Assembly (NCBI GenBank): GCA_020137815.1 | Contig: CM035353.1 | Span: 682,001 to 746,000, forward strand | DNA from: Hormiphora californensis | Taxonomy: Eukaryota > Animalia > Ctenophora | Reading direction: 5' to 3' | Length of the DNA stretch: 64,000 nucleotides | Part shown: positions 38,349 to 50,904 of the stretch, in pieces | Numbering within the stretch: position 1 is the stretch's first letter | How the letters are laid out: every line of letters starts with the position of its first letter | The notes under the pieces: generated by a model | What the model was told of the DNA's origin: nothing | Databases searched by the model: none | Seen by the model: the letters and a program-made list of their open reading frames with translations, nothing else | Position numbers and translations under genes: made by a program

Positions 38349-39743
38349 ATGGAAGGTAGGGTTGCCATGGTATCCGTGGCTTTCCTCGCCTACCTGATCG
38401 GCATGACAGTGTTTGACCTCACTCGAGATGGCGGCAACCAGGCTGTCGAGGAGCAGGATCACAAGCTGGAAACTAAACAACAGCTGTTTAATACTCCTAC
38501 TGTTCGTGTACTATACTGTATTAGCTGAGGGTGAGTGTTTTACAATCGATTCTCCCTCGATCTTTCTCTCTGTCCTTTCTTCCTTTATCTAATGGATCTG
38601 CCTTTCCCTCTCTTCCCGATATATCTCATTCCCATAAAATACCCCCATCTTGATCCTTTGCCCTTGTTTGGTTCAATCTTGGAAACACTCCCGTCTCCAA
38701 ATCCCCTCACCAATACACCCCTCCCTTCCCCTCCCCATGATTTACCTCCTCCCCTAGTAATACACCCCTTCCTTCATCTCCCCCTAATACACCCCTCCCT
38801 TCCCCTGCCCAGGTACAAGAACACGTTACACCCCTCTCTCCCCCTGCCCAGGTACAAGAACACGTTACACCCCTCCCTTCCCCTGCCCAGGGACAAGAAC
38901 ACGTTACACCCCTCCCTCCCCCTGCCCAGGTACAAGAACACGTTACACCCCTCTCTCCCCTGCCCAGGTACAAGAACACGTTACACCCCTCCCTTCCCCT
39001 GCCCAGGGACAAGAACACGTTACACCCCTCCCTCCCCCTGCCCAGATACAAGAACACGTTACACCCCTCCCTCCCCCCTGCCCAGGTACAAGAACACGTT
39101 ACACCCCTCCCTCCCCCTGCCCAGGTACAAGAACACGTTACACCCCTCCCTTCCCCTGCCCAGGTACAAGAACACGTTACACCCCTCCCTTCCCCTGCCC
39201 CTAATACACGCCTCCCTTCCTCCTCCCCTAATACACCCCTCGCTGCCCAGGTACAAGAATACGTTACACCCCTCCCTTCCCCTGCCCAGGTACAAGAACA
39301 CGTTCATGGCGGTGCGTCAGAACCTTCTGGCACGCCACCCTGGACTGAAGATAGAGGGAGACAACTTCCCTGCCACACCACTACGCAAACTAATCTCATC
39401 CCTTGTGTTCTACACCAAGATGGCCCTAATCCTCATCTTGGTAACTGGTACAAAGTTCTTCGAAGTCTCCGGTATCGCCATCCCTGAGTGGTACGCGGGT
39501 GTCCAGGAGAATAAACTTATGACAATAGTCGGTCTCTTCTTCATGGGCAACATGGTAGAGAGTAGCATGCTGAGTTCCGGGGCATTTGAAATCACTGTCA
39601 ATGGGGATCCGGTTTGGAGTAAAATAGAAACGGGGTATCTGCCGAGCTTGGAACACTTGGTTTCCCTAGTCGATGATAAACTTGGTGGAGGTAAAGCCAA
39701 GTTTACACCCGACCTAGAAACACTAGCGTCAGGGGATTTCTAG
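38349..39743 (+). CDS. SELENOT: Selenoprotein T (Rdx family); exons 38349-38530 and 39290-39743; Sec UGA at 38526-38528; 211 aa
   Basis: N-terminal hydrophobic signal; VRVLYCIS-U-GYKNTF; PGLKIEGDNFP; SSGAFEITVNGDPVWSKIETGYLP; downstream SECIS. Confidence 0.95.
38789..39304 (+). repeat. 38-40-bp tandem repeat of the SelT 3' splice site
   Basis: Unit ACACCCCTCCCTTCCCCTGCCCAG|GTACAAGAACACGTT, about 12 copies. Confidence 0.92.
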
Positions 39744-40159
39744 TTGATTAACTAATTTCAGAGCTCCTGCGATTATTGTCTTGTTTCAAATCTGGGTAGT
39801 ATTATATATGCCATCTAAAGTGTTACCTATTCTAACCTTAAGTAAATTATTTTAGAGTGCTATATGAAGGGTAGTCCAATTTGATTAATATATAATGTGC
39901 TTTTTCTAGCCCTTGTTGGTTTTTTTACCGTCTGTTTGTTGGTTATAAGGACGTTCTATTTTACCTATATATATATTGTACTTTGTTTGCTGTGTGAGTC
40001 AGGAGGGTTACCCACTGGTAATACCCAGTTTGTCGAGTAACAATTAATCAGCAGCCCTGTCAACCACATTGTCCAGCTGTCTGTCTTCTATGTGGTGTGG
40101 CGAGACAGGCAGAATGCTTGGGACAGGAATATATATTTCTGTCTCTAGCTCTCCATATT

Positions 40160-40245
40160 CCCCCCATATCCCGTGTGTATGACGGGATGGTGATAAACCA
40201 GCTCTGTCTGGATCACCATTTCCCTGATATTGTGGTGTGGGTGGG
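40160..40245 (+). promoter_or_regulatory. SECIS element (type II) in the SelT 3' UTR
   Basis: ATGA(40179)C-GGGATGGTGAT-AAA-CCAG(CTCTGT)CTGG-ATCACCATTTCCC-TGAT(40225). Confidence 0.9.
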
Positions 40246-42642
40246 GTGTGAGAGGTTGGCAATGTGTCCAGGTGCAGTTGAACACGTGCTCAATTTGTTT
40301 GTGATTTTAATATTATATTGACTTACGTGTGTCTGTGCGAGAGAAAGAATAATATAACGTACTAGTGTTTTGATTGTTGACCAATTAAATCCCCCCGTCC
40401 CTCAATTAACTCAAACAGTCTCATACAATAGAGTAAGTCTCTGCATCTCACTCGGAAACAACAACTCCCCATTCCTCTTATTATATTTCCCAATAGTATT
40501 TGTAACCCATTCTGCCTCCTTTACAGCAAGAATGGTACTGATAATCGCGGGAGAATCTTTCCACTGCAGTGTCGGAGAATGTGTTCACAATGGTCGTTAT
40601 GCCGGATAACATGGTTGCAGTTGGTCCCAGATGCGAGACAGCTGGTGGTAATGGGGTCCGGATGACAGATGATATACCATAGTGCATGGTTTCCTGTCAG
40701 AGCTGAGAGCATTGGCCTGACAGATGGTTACCAATATATGGCTAGAGAGTGTAAGCCCATGATCATAATATGATGCAGATATACCACGCTTGGAAGTGGG
40801 TCAGCACAGCTCCTTCATCGGAGCATGTGGTCAATTTATTTATTGTGCCAAATCTCTCTGTGTGTGGTAACTAATTGGTGAGCTGTTTTCCCTTGACACT
40901 TGTTCATACACAGTACGGTGCAGTATATTCGACTGAGCACGGCCTATATTTAGCTCACTATATCTCAGGTAATAATACTGTGTGTGTCAGTGTGCTCAAC
41001 AATGCTGCATTGTGTGTACAAACACACACACTGTAGCAGATATGTCAACTTGTTTGTTTGTCGTTACACTTGTTGGTTGATCAAAGCTAACTGTTTATAG
41101 CTCTATAATTAGCCACTTCTTTCTCTCTGCACTAACGGCCCTATACTTTCTCTACAGGACCCGCCCCCCGTCAGAGGACCAGTACAGTGTGCAGATCTCA
41201 ACGACAGCTTTTGTTACAGAATCTCTTTTGGCTGGGTGCAACTGTACAGACAGAGCACTCGAAAAGGAGCATCGTTGCTGTGGAGACAAATATTGGAGTT
41301 TTCAACATCCCCCCTAGAACTCTTTCCCACCCTGCAGCAGGCACTTTACAAATAGTACATTGCATCGAATACTCACAATTTCCTTCTCTGTTTTCTTTCT
41401 CTCTCACTATCAGTATCATTAACAAAAACACAGATAGGTGAGACTGAGTGAAACATAGAGTGAGAAAGAAACGGTTGATGCATCGAGGTAAACTATTTCT
41501 TCCAGCTCTCTCATACGTCACAGACAAGGCTGGTTACAGTTTTTACACTGTTAGACACAACAAGGTGGTGAATTAAAACCAGCTGAAACGTGGTGACAGT
41601 GAAATCAATACTCCCTACCTGACACACAACAATATGACTCACACGCTCATGTTTTCACTGTCCAATGTATACAGGTATCTCTTTTCTTCAGACAAGAAAA
41701 TATTTCGCGTTTGAACCTTTGTTTATTAAACTATATGATTGTGACTGAAATTGTGGCAGCAAAGTAATCGTGTTCTCCTTTAGCTAGAGAGAGAGAGGGT
41801 CAAGCAAGGCAAGCAATCTCGGTTAATTGATTGGTGGTTTCCATTGTGCGGGATTTATTTGGTTGATCCTCTGAAACTGTCAGGCCAATGCTCTGACCGC
41901 TCCCTATTTGAAGAAATGAGAATAGGGTCAGGCCAATGCTCTGACAGCTCTCAAAAGGATAGTTGCGCTAAATCTGGGGATAGCGCAGCTGTCGCTAGTT
42001 GGGCGCATTCGATCGGGGCACGGGTTCGATGAGTTGATCAAAACCTGTCGACAGGTCAATGCTCTGACCACGGTTCTCGCGCGAAAGAAATGAGAATAGG
42101 GCCAATGCTCTGAAAAATCTAAGCTAGCCCGGTAATCCCACGTGATGCCAAACAATCCAGCCACAGTTTGAATGGCTTTAAGTTTAACTCCTCGCGGCCT
42201 AATTAACTCCTATCGACCTGAGATTTTTGCCCACTGATCCTCTAACTGTTGGTATCGAAATCTTAGCTCTGACTGGCCAGGAACTGGAAGCTCATAATTT
42301 AGTTTTAGTTGTAGCCCCTCGTTTCAGTCAGCGGTGCCAGCCGACGTTTTGATTCCCATTAAGCAACAGCGTGCACGCTCAGATCGGGTCTGCCAGACCA
42401 TGCAATGCTCGTCCACTACTAATGACCCTTCTCACTCCTGAGAATAGGGACAGGCCAATGCTCTGGCAGGATCGGGTCGATGGCGCCTACTTGACTGTTA
42501 AGTGGGCGGCATCGTGTAGACTGTATGAGTGTAGATATTGCGATACACTCCAATGTCGATGAATTAACCGAAAAGAGTGTAGTGGAAACCATTTGGAGGG
42601 GCCGGTTCAATTAGCTTGTCTCATTTTATTAAGCACAGAGGA

Positions 42643-43114
42643 GGGGGGGGGGGGCCTGCCGCAAAAATCTCAGCTACCCTCTTTTCGGCCGATGAGATTT
42701 TTGAGATTTTTGTGGTAAATTGGCACAATTTTGGCTGCCAATACTCAGTTTTTCGACATATTTTTTATCTTAAAACTGAATCATAATAGCAGTTTAGTAA
42801 TTTAAATAGGTAGATTTCATGTTTTAGCTTCTCATTAACTTTTGTACTAGAACACAAGGAAAATTTCTATTCAGAATTTTCATTTTTGGTAGAAAAACAC
42901 AAGGATTGTTTCTATTCCAAATTTTCGAATGGAAATTTCTCCTTTCTATGAGATTTTTGAGAAAAATTTGCGGGTTTTCCCCGAAAAATCGCAAATTTGC
43001 CTCAAAAATCTCAGAAATCCCACGTTTTTTAGCCAAAAATCGAAAATCTCAAAAATCCCAGCTACCCTGAAAATCGCCAATGAGGCATGAGATTCTTGCG
43101 GCAGGCCCCCCCCC
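42643..43114. mobile_element. TIR element with poly-G/poly-C termini and 7-bp TSD CAGAGGA
   Basis: G12-CCTGCCGCAAAAATCTCA ... TGAGATTCTTGCGGCAGG-C9; TSD 42636-42642 and 43115-43121. Confidence 0.85.
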
Positions 43115-44079
43115 CAGAGGAATTGGGGAGCTGGTTTTGGCTTCTTTGAAATTCGGATGAACAATCGCATAGCTACCTAGCTACTGTCAGGCCAATGCTC
43201 TGACCACAGTTCTCGCGCGAGAATGGGTCAGGCCAATGCTCTGACAGCCCCGCTACAAACCAACAAATGTTTTCAGCTTGTTAGATTTCAGACCGTGTGA
43301 GCTCAGCGGTTTTGACACCTACAGCTGGCCGAGATTCTGTTTTCACAGTGGTACCAACTGGCCGAGATTCTAGACAACTTTATAGAGGTTTGTGAAGGAT
43401 CAGTAGTAGACCGTGAGTAAGTCTAATTCATGTTACATCGAGTATCTGTCTTTCATGAACAGCTGTAATAATTAAAACTGAGTGATCCATATCATGTCTC
43501 TTTTCCACTTTCTTTCTCTCTGGTTTTCTCTTCTCGTTATCAGTATCGGGAGAGGTTAACAAGTTATCCGTTAACTTGAACTGGTGGTATCACGGTTTGT
43601 AACTGTTTTACAAATCACTGCATGACCGACATTTACTCTGATTTCAAATTAATACTTGACATGTTGAATGATACTTTAATTGTTGACAGTAGTTGTAAGT
43701 CGACCATTGTTTACTCTTGATTACTAGACACTGTACTATAATACACCTAGCATTCTATAATCATGATAATGTGACTGACCAAGCTTTGATTTGATGTGTA
43801 GATTTGGGAAAATATGACCCAGCACGGTAAGTTGGCTATGAAGCACAGATGGGCAGGGTGGTGTTTAGTTTGTTTGATATGTTAGGTTTGTTGTTATATG
43901 CTTTCCTTTCTCTCTATTTCATACCCTTTTTCCTCTGCCAAAACTACAAAACGACCAACACGGTTTAGGTTTATGATTTACATAAAACAAACAAAATAAT
44001 ACCATATGCATTTGAATAAAACGTTTTGAATACTTTACATGACGTGTATAATACACCACTTAGCAGTTACCACTTTGCA

Positions 44080-45046
44080 TGATTATACTAGGTCATTCGG
44101 TAAATATCTGGACAGGTATGTTTGTGAGAGAACGGAGCCAGATAGAGCCAAGCGACCTGTTCCAGCGTCTTCCTTGGACATTTTTAGGTTGGACTAGGAT
44201 GGTGGGAACCTTCGCCTGCTGGCAGTATTGCCTCACGAGCAATATGTTTCAATGCTACTCTAGCTGCCGCTTTATGCTAACTTTTAACTCAATTTTGGAC
44301 CAATATGACCTACTTCCGGATAATTGGGAAAGTTTTTAACCCTATATATTGCTTATTAAATGCTATATATTGCTTATTAAATGCTATATATTGCTTATTT
44401 AAATGCCTTGAGATACTCCATAAACCTTCCTGAAATTTTTGGATAAAATTTCTAGCATGGGGAAGCGATTTTCGCTAGATTTGGTAAAGCTGGATTTTAA
44501 ATTTTTTTACAATTGTTGAAAAAAGCCGCCATGAGCCAGGTATCCATTGACCGATCGTAATAAAACTAACGTAGGACCTAGAAAATTGTATAAGATAACA
44601 TTTAACGTTGGATTCAAGTCATTTAGACGTTTAGAACGTACAAAAACGGCCATGAAGTGTGCAAGGCGCAATTTTGGCAAACATCCAATTTTTAAGGGTG
44701 AAGATGGAATCTAAACGCTTCAATTATGGTTGCATCATATTCAGGCTTAAAAAGTGATATAGGAACACTGGTCAAACCTATCATCTGTCACCAATAGAGA
44801 AAATGCCATGACATATTCAATCATCCGTAGTGCCACAGTTTTTTCTTGCATAAAGCGGCAGCTAGAGTAGCATTGAAACAATATTGCTCGTGAGGCAATA
44901 CTACCAGCAGGCGAAGGTTCCCACCATCCTAGTCCAACCTAAAAATGTCCAAGGAAGACGCTGGAACAGGTCGCTTGGCTCTATCTGGCTCCGTTCTCTC
45001 ACAATCATACCTGTCCAGATATTTACCGAATGGCCTAATATGATCA
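44080..45046. mobile_element. MITE with ~195-bp terminal inverted repeats
   Basis: TAGGTCATTCGGTAAATATCTGG.../...CCAGATATTTACCGAATGGCCTA; TSD unclear. Confidence 0.82.
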
Positions 45047-45175
45047 ACAACATGGCTGAATATATCGCAATAGTATTAAAGTGATAGTCTCTCCTATAAT
45101 GTGACCTCATATAATAGTAATTTAGCACTTTCCGAGCACTTCAAGAGTCCATCTCATAATCACCCATCTCACCTC

Positions 45176-47623
45176 CTAATCCTTGACAGTAGATTCCCCG
45201 GTAATAATCTCAGTTGCCACCTTGATTTCCTCCCCCACAAACGGCTCATTATCATCACTCCCTACATTCAAATATTCCTGCCCCGCGGTAATCACTGCCC
45301 TCCATTGGGTAACTCCATCGTCACACTTCTCCCTTCTCTTCCCCAGCTTCCTCCTCACCTTTTTCTCCTCACCAGCTGCAGCTGAATCGTCCTCCCTCAC
45401 AAACACAACCTCCCCATCATCTCCTCGTGTTGCTGTGATCTTGGCATCACGAAGGGCCCTCCTCAGCTCGTAGCAGTGCCGGAAGTAACTTTGTCGTTTC
45501 TTAATCTCGTATTGGGATACCTCATTTCGGATGAGCCGCTTGAATGTCACCTTCTCAGCCTCGTACTGTGCAAGGAGGTCCTCTTTTGTAGGAGGATTTT
45601 TCTTCTGGTCAACATCACCAGCTGGGTCACTCACTTTCTCTGAATGATCTGTGACACTTCTCTTGCTCCTGGACTTTTTCACAGACTTCTCTTTGGATTT
45701 TCCTCTGGCTGACTCCGGTGCAATTTCCTCGGTCACAACTTCTAATGGAAGTTCCGTCTCCACGCTCACTTCTGTTATATCTTCAAGTTTCTCACTAACT
45801 TTGTCAGTCACATCCTCCTCCTGTTTCTCACTAACTTTGTCAGTCACCTCTTCCTCCTCCTGTTTCCCCTCCCCCTCTGTCATTGTAGGGGCCTCAACTG
45901 ACGCTTTTCCCTCCACCTGTGTCGTTGTGGGGGCCTCAACTGGCGCTTTTCCATCCCCCTCTGTCATTGTAGGGGCCTCAACTGGTTCTTTTCCCTCCCC
46001 CTCTGTCGTTGTTCCCTCTTGACAAGTGGGGTTGGGGCGGCACTCTTGACAAGCGGGGTCCAATCAGGGATGACATCATCACTTGATGAGGGGGTCGCAT
46101 CTTCCTCCGTACTGTTCATCACTGACGTAGCTGCAGGGGAGGGAGAAGAATAATTAGTATGGGACTGGTGGGGGACTGATAGAGTATAGTGCTAATTAGT
46201 GTGGGACTAGTGTGGGACTGACAGATTATTTACATATAATATCTAAATCACTTTTTCGTGAACTGTCTGGCGGCGCCAGACCCCGATTTGATTCTCGACG
46301 GTGCGATCAGATGGGGTCTGCTGCGCCAAACAGGTCGTGAATCGTGAGAGACAGGTCGTGAATGATGCTGGGTCTAATGGGGGTCTAATCCTTGATACAG
46401 GGGTGATACAGTGTCATTACTCAGTGCAGTACGTCTCCTGAGCTGTGTAACTTATACAGCCCAGGCTGGACACACCTCCCTCTTTTAGCTGCGAGAGGGG
46501 GGTTGCTCTGTTGGGGGTGAGACACACTGAAGGAGTGGACGTGTAGGATCTTTTTAGTACTTCATGCATTCCAATCCAACCATCACTCAGTCACATGCTC
46601 AATTCAGTTGTCTAGCTGAAATGAATCATTGTCTTACTCTTAGCATCACTCAGTCACATGCTCAATTCAGTTGTCTAGCTGATATGAATCAATGTCTTAC
46701 TCTTAGCATAACTCAGTCACATGCTCAATTCAGTTGTCTAGCTGATATGAATCATTGTCTTACTCTTACACTCTTGTCCACCGAAGGTAAACTCTTCAGA
46801 TGCGATAGAATCTTTTTCACGGGTACCTATCGGTGTTAGTTGGTTGGAACTATAATAGCATGGTGAAAGCTGCGGCAGTGACAGTTTTTCTCTCTCACTG
46901 TCTGTCTATCTCCATGTCTGTCTGTCTCTCTCACTGTCTGTCTGTCTCTCACGGTCTGTCTGTCTGTCTCTCTCTCACGGTCTGTCTGTCTATCTGTCTC
47001 CCTCACTGTCTGTCTCTCTCACGGCCTGTCTGTCTCTCTCACGGTCTGTCTGCCTGTCTGTGATCTGTCTCTCTCACGGTCTGTCTGTCTGTCTATCTCA
47101 CTGTCTGTCTGTCTGTCTCTCTCTCTTACGGTCTGTCTATCTCACTGTCTGTCTGACTGACTGTATGTCTGTCTCTCACGGTCTGTCTGTCTGTCTCTCT
47201 CTCACGGTCTGTCTGTCTCTCTCACTGTCTGTCTCTCACGACATGTCTGTCTGTCTCTCTCTCTCACGGTCTGTCTGCCTGTCTGTGATCTGTCTCTCTC
47301 ACGGTCTGTCTATCTCACTGTCTGTCTGACTGACTGTCTGTCTGTCTCTCACGGTCTGTCTGTCTGTCTCTCTCTCACGGTCTGTCTGTCTCTCTCACTG
47401 TCTGTCTCTCACGACATGTCTGTCTGTCTCTCTCTCTCACGGTCTGTCTGCCTGTCTGTGATCTGTCTCTCTCACGGTCTGTCTGTCTGTCTATCTCACT
47501 GTCTGTCTGTCTGTCTCTCTCACGGTCTGTCTCTCTCACGGCATGTCTGTCTGTCTGACTGACTGTCTGTCTGTCTGTCTAGTGTCTACCTCCCTGTCTG
47601 TCTTTGTCTCAGTCTGTTTTTCT

Positions 47624-47699
<76 letters not shown>

Positions 47700-48662
47700 C
47701 CAATTCTCCCTGTCTATATTTGCCTAGCTAGACTTTGTTTAATTTCGGGCGCACATAGAACATAACAAGTCTATATCAGTATCTTTCCCATTCTTACCAG
47801 TCGTATCGAGGAACTGACTATAATCCACCTCCTTCCCATCCTCTACAAACAGCACCCGCCCTTCGTCGTTATTTTTTCTGAAAATGAGGTTTTTAACCAA
47901 ATCCTGTCAAATACAGAAGAGAGACCTGTCTGGCGGCGCCACGCCGATCTGAGCGCACTGTTTGAAAATCAAAACGGGGGGGGGGGTCCAGCCCTAAAAA
48001 AAGCTAAAGGTACCCTGATTTTGGTCGATAGCGTTTTTTATTTTAGCTTTTTTTAGCTTTTTTTAGCTTTTTTTAGCCCTACTTTTTATGTTTTTTCAGC
48101 ATTCATCTTGACACTTTTCCATTAAATTTTCATCCTTCCGGACGTCTATTGACTGCATTTGTTCATTTCCTGCACATTTTTTACCATAATCTACCGTTTA
48201 TGTCCATACATAGCAATTTCTGTATCCACCCCTACTGCCATTTTCTGGAGACATTTTTTCGATAAAAATATTATTCAAATTTGATAAAAATAGTTTTAAA
48301 AAAGTTCAAAAAACGTTATAAAACGTTATAATAAAAGTTTAAAAAATTTGGCGTCAGCGGGATTCGAACCTATATGAATCCACTAAAAACTCAATTTTAG
48401 CTTTTTTTAGCTTTTTTTTAGCCTTAAAAAAGCTAAAAATAGCTAAAAAAGCTAAAAAAAGCTAAAAAAGCTAAAGGTACCCTGATTTTGGCCGTTAGCT
48501 TAGCTTTTTTTAGGGCTGGACCCCCCCAAACGGGTTCTAGCCCCACCAGATATAGTGAGCTAAACAATGCAATGGGACTGACCTTCCACTCCACCTGGCA
48601 CTGGAAAGACAGGAACAACAACCTAGTGGTGCTAATGATCGGGCCGTGTTTTCTGCTGGCAT
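45176..48662 (-). CDS. Uncharacterised acidic low-complexity protein; large exon ~46063-45176, possible upstream exons ~48662-48595, 47877-47799, 46828-46765
   Basis: 295-aa E/K/T-rich ORF with VEAPT repeats. The upstream exons are phase-consistent with each other, but their join to the large ORF is unresolved. Confidence 0.45.
46582..46770 (-). repeat. 63-bp tandem repeat x3, each containing TAAGA|GTAAGAC donor
   Basis: Direct inspection. Confidence 0.85.
46890..47697. repeat. Compound (CTGT)n/(CT)n microsatellite
   Basis: Direct inspection. Confidence 0.92.
47979..48527. mobile_element. TIR element with poly-G/poly-C termini and 7-bp TSD AAACGGG
   Basis: G8-TCCAGCCCTAAAAAAAGCTAA ... TTAGCTTTTTTTAGGGCTGGA-C7; TSD 47972-47978 and 48528-48534. 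Confidence 0.85.
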
Positions 48663-49122
48663 CTTGAATTGAAGCTAGATTGTGGGGGAGATGTATTTTA
48701 AATTTAAACTGTTTTCACTTCATCTGTTTTCTAGATTTCCAATCCCTCTTTTAATATCAGATCACGTGCAGATAGAGCTAAGACACGTGCACTTGCAACT
48801 GCAGATCGCTGTTTGCTACCTGATCTGGCCAGAACAGATCAGGTAGCAAAAGTTGACTGTTAAGCATCTAAATATCAAATCAAAAGAGAAACAACAGAAC
48901 ACAAAACTAATAATATTTGCCTGCTACGAGTACTATACGACCGATCCATTATAATAGCTATGTAGCGGGTTAAAATAGCCATCAAACAAACTTCTACTAA
49001 ATGTTAAACTAGTTTCTTGACCAGCTCTGTACCGATAAACTATAGTTTCTTGATAACTTCTGTTTTGGTTAGCGAGTGATTTCTACGAATTCAATCTATA
49101 AATCGAATCACTCTCTCTCTCA

Positions 49123-49189
<67 letters not shown>

Positions 49190-49218
49190 TCTTTCTCTCT
49201 CACTCTTTCTCTCTCTCA

Positions 49219-49278
<60 letters not shown>

Positions 49279-49929
49279 ACCTTTCCATCTCTGTTCCCAC
49301 GTAATAATTTACTATGTTTGTTTACGGCCACTAGCCGTCACTTAGCAGTTTAATGTGAAAACAGCATACTAGTTGACATATTATAATGATATGATAAGGA
49401 TACCGGTCTGCTTGACAGCAGCTGTTTAGCATCACACAATTCCCAACTACAAACTCGACATACAACTTGTATTACAAGGACAGTCTGGTCCTGTCAGAGC
49501 ATTGGCCTGACCCATTCTCGTTTCTCTCAAAGCGCGAGAACTGTGGTCAGAGCAATAGCATTGGCCAGACAGGGTCGCGACAGTTCACTCAGTTCGAGCT
49601 GCTATATGCAGTCGGATCCCGATTTACCAGCCCCCGCTAATTACCGGGCAAAACCGTTTGCCCCGAGTATTCCGATAAATCGGAGTCTGCGAGTACTGTA
49701 CATCAAATATCAACATATCTAGTTAGGTGGGACTGTGTTGTCGAAGCGGCTGCACAGGATCTGGATAGGAGCAGGACTAGGCCAATAGATTGTGTAGACC
49801 AATGTGGGCCAGCTGGAAATGCAGGATATTTGGTGAATGTTATGTTGCAGCCCCCGCATAAACAACATACAACCACCCACACCGATTGGTCTCGACTGAT
49901 GAGCAGTAGTAGGAGATGCATATGGATCT

Positions 49930-49990
<61 letters not shown>

Positions 49991-50426
49991 CCTCTCTCTC
50001 TCTCTCTCTCTCTCACTCTCTCTCTCTCCCTGATGCTCCATCAAAACAATAGGAATGCTAACAGAAGTCAGAACATCAAGGTACCAGAACTCCGACTAAT
50101 ATAGCATCTACTTTGAGAAAAAACATGGACAAATGATGGGAAGAAGTTTCGTGATTTTGTTTATTCGGAGAACACTTTGATCTCCAAGAATCGCCTCTCT
50201 ATTTCGAGGAATTTATGCCACTACCTAATACAAGCTACCAGCTGGAAATCGTATAATCCCTGGAAAGGACAGTTTGTACTTCCTAGATCTCTGTCACACA
50301 GGAGACAAATACCAGACAAATATATTCTCCCTTTTCTCCCTATTACCGCAATTCCTTTTATATTGTTATCCTGCTGCAGTACCACCAGTACCAAGCCTGT
50401 TTCCTACTAATTGGTCCCCTTCATCT

Positions 50427-50500
50427 CTGTCAGAGCATTGGCCTGACCCTATACTCATTTCTTCAGCGCGAGAACTGTGGTCAGAGCATTGGCCTGACAG
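50427..50500. mobile_element. 74-bp mini-MITE (CTGTCAG...CTGACAG) with 8-bp TSD CTTCATCT; many relatives in window
   Basis: TSD 50419-50426 and 50501-50508; relatives near 11487, 41877, 43184, 49491. Confidence 0.82.
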
Positions 50501-50904
50501 CTTCATCTCTCATAGGTTATTTCCTAGCACACCATCTAACACGTCTTTCTACTCAGCACCCCAGAATATGATACCCGCTCGGATACCCCGAAAATTATCC
50601 CTATCAGGCTACCAAGCAGCAATACGTCTTTATGACAACCTCAATTCTGATTTCGAGCTCTCAATCAATCCAACTACCCAACAAATCCAACCCTAAATCA
50701 ATCCAACTACTTCATTGCCTGCTCCACAAAACCTCGCAAAATGCGGTTTGAGCTACCCGTTGTACCACATTAAATGTAATCATCCCAACCTAACAAGCTA
50801 CCCCCACTAGGTCGTGTTGTTACGATTAGTATAACAGCTCAGCCCCTTTCTAACCCGTACCCTGCTCTATTTAGCAACTATAGCAATGATCAAGATGTCA
50901 CCCT

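Noticed and set aside
38535-39289. N-terminal 250 aa of the 402-aa ORF
   Set aside because: This is the SelT intron read in frame through 39-bp repeats
39864-39887. Alternative SECIS at ATGAAGG...TGAT
   Set aside because: Too short and lacks helix II; a far better candidate lies at 40179
40480-41530. Short ORFs or exons on either strand
   Set aside because: No recognisable motifs or coherent gene model
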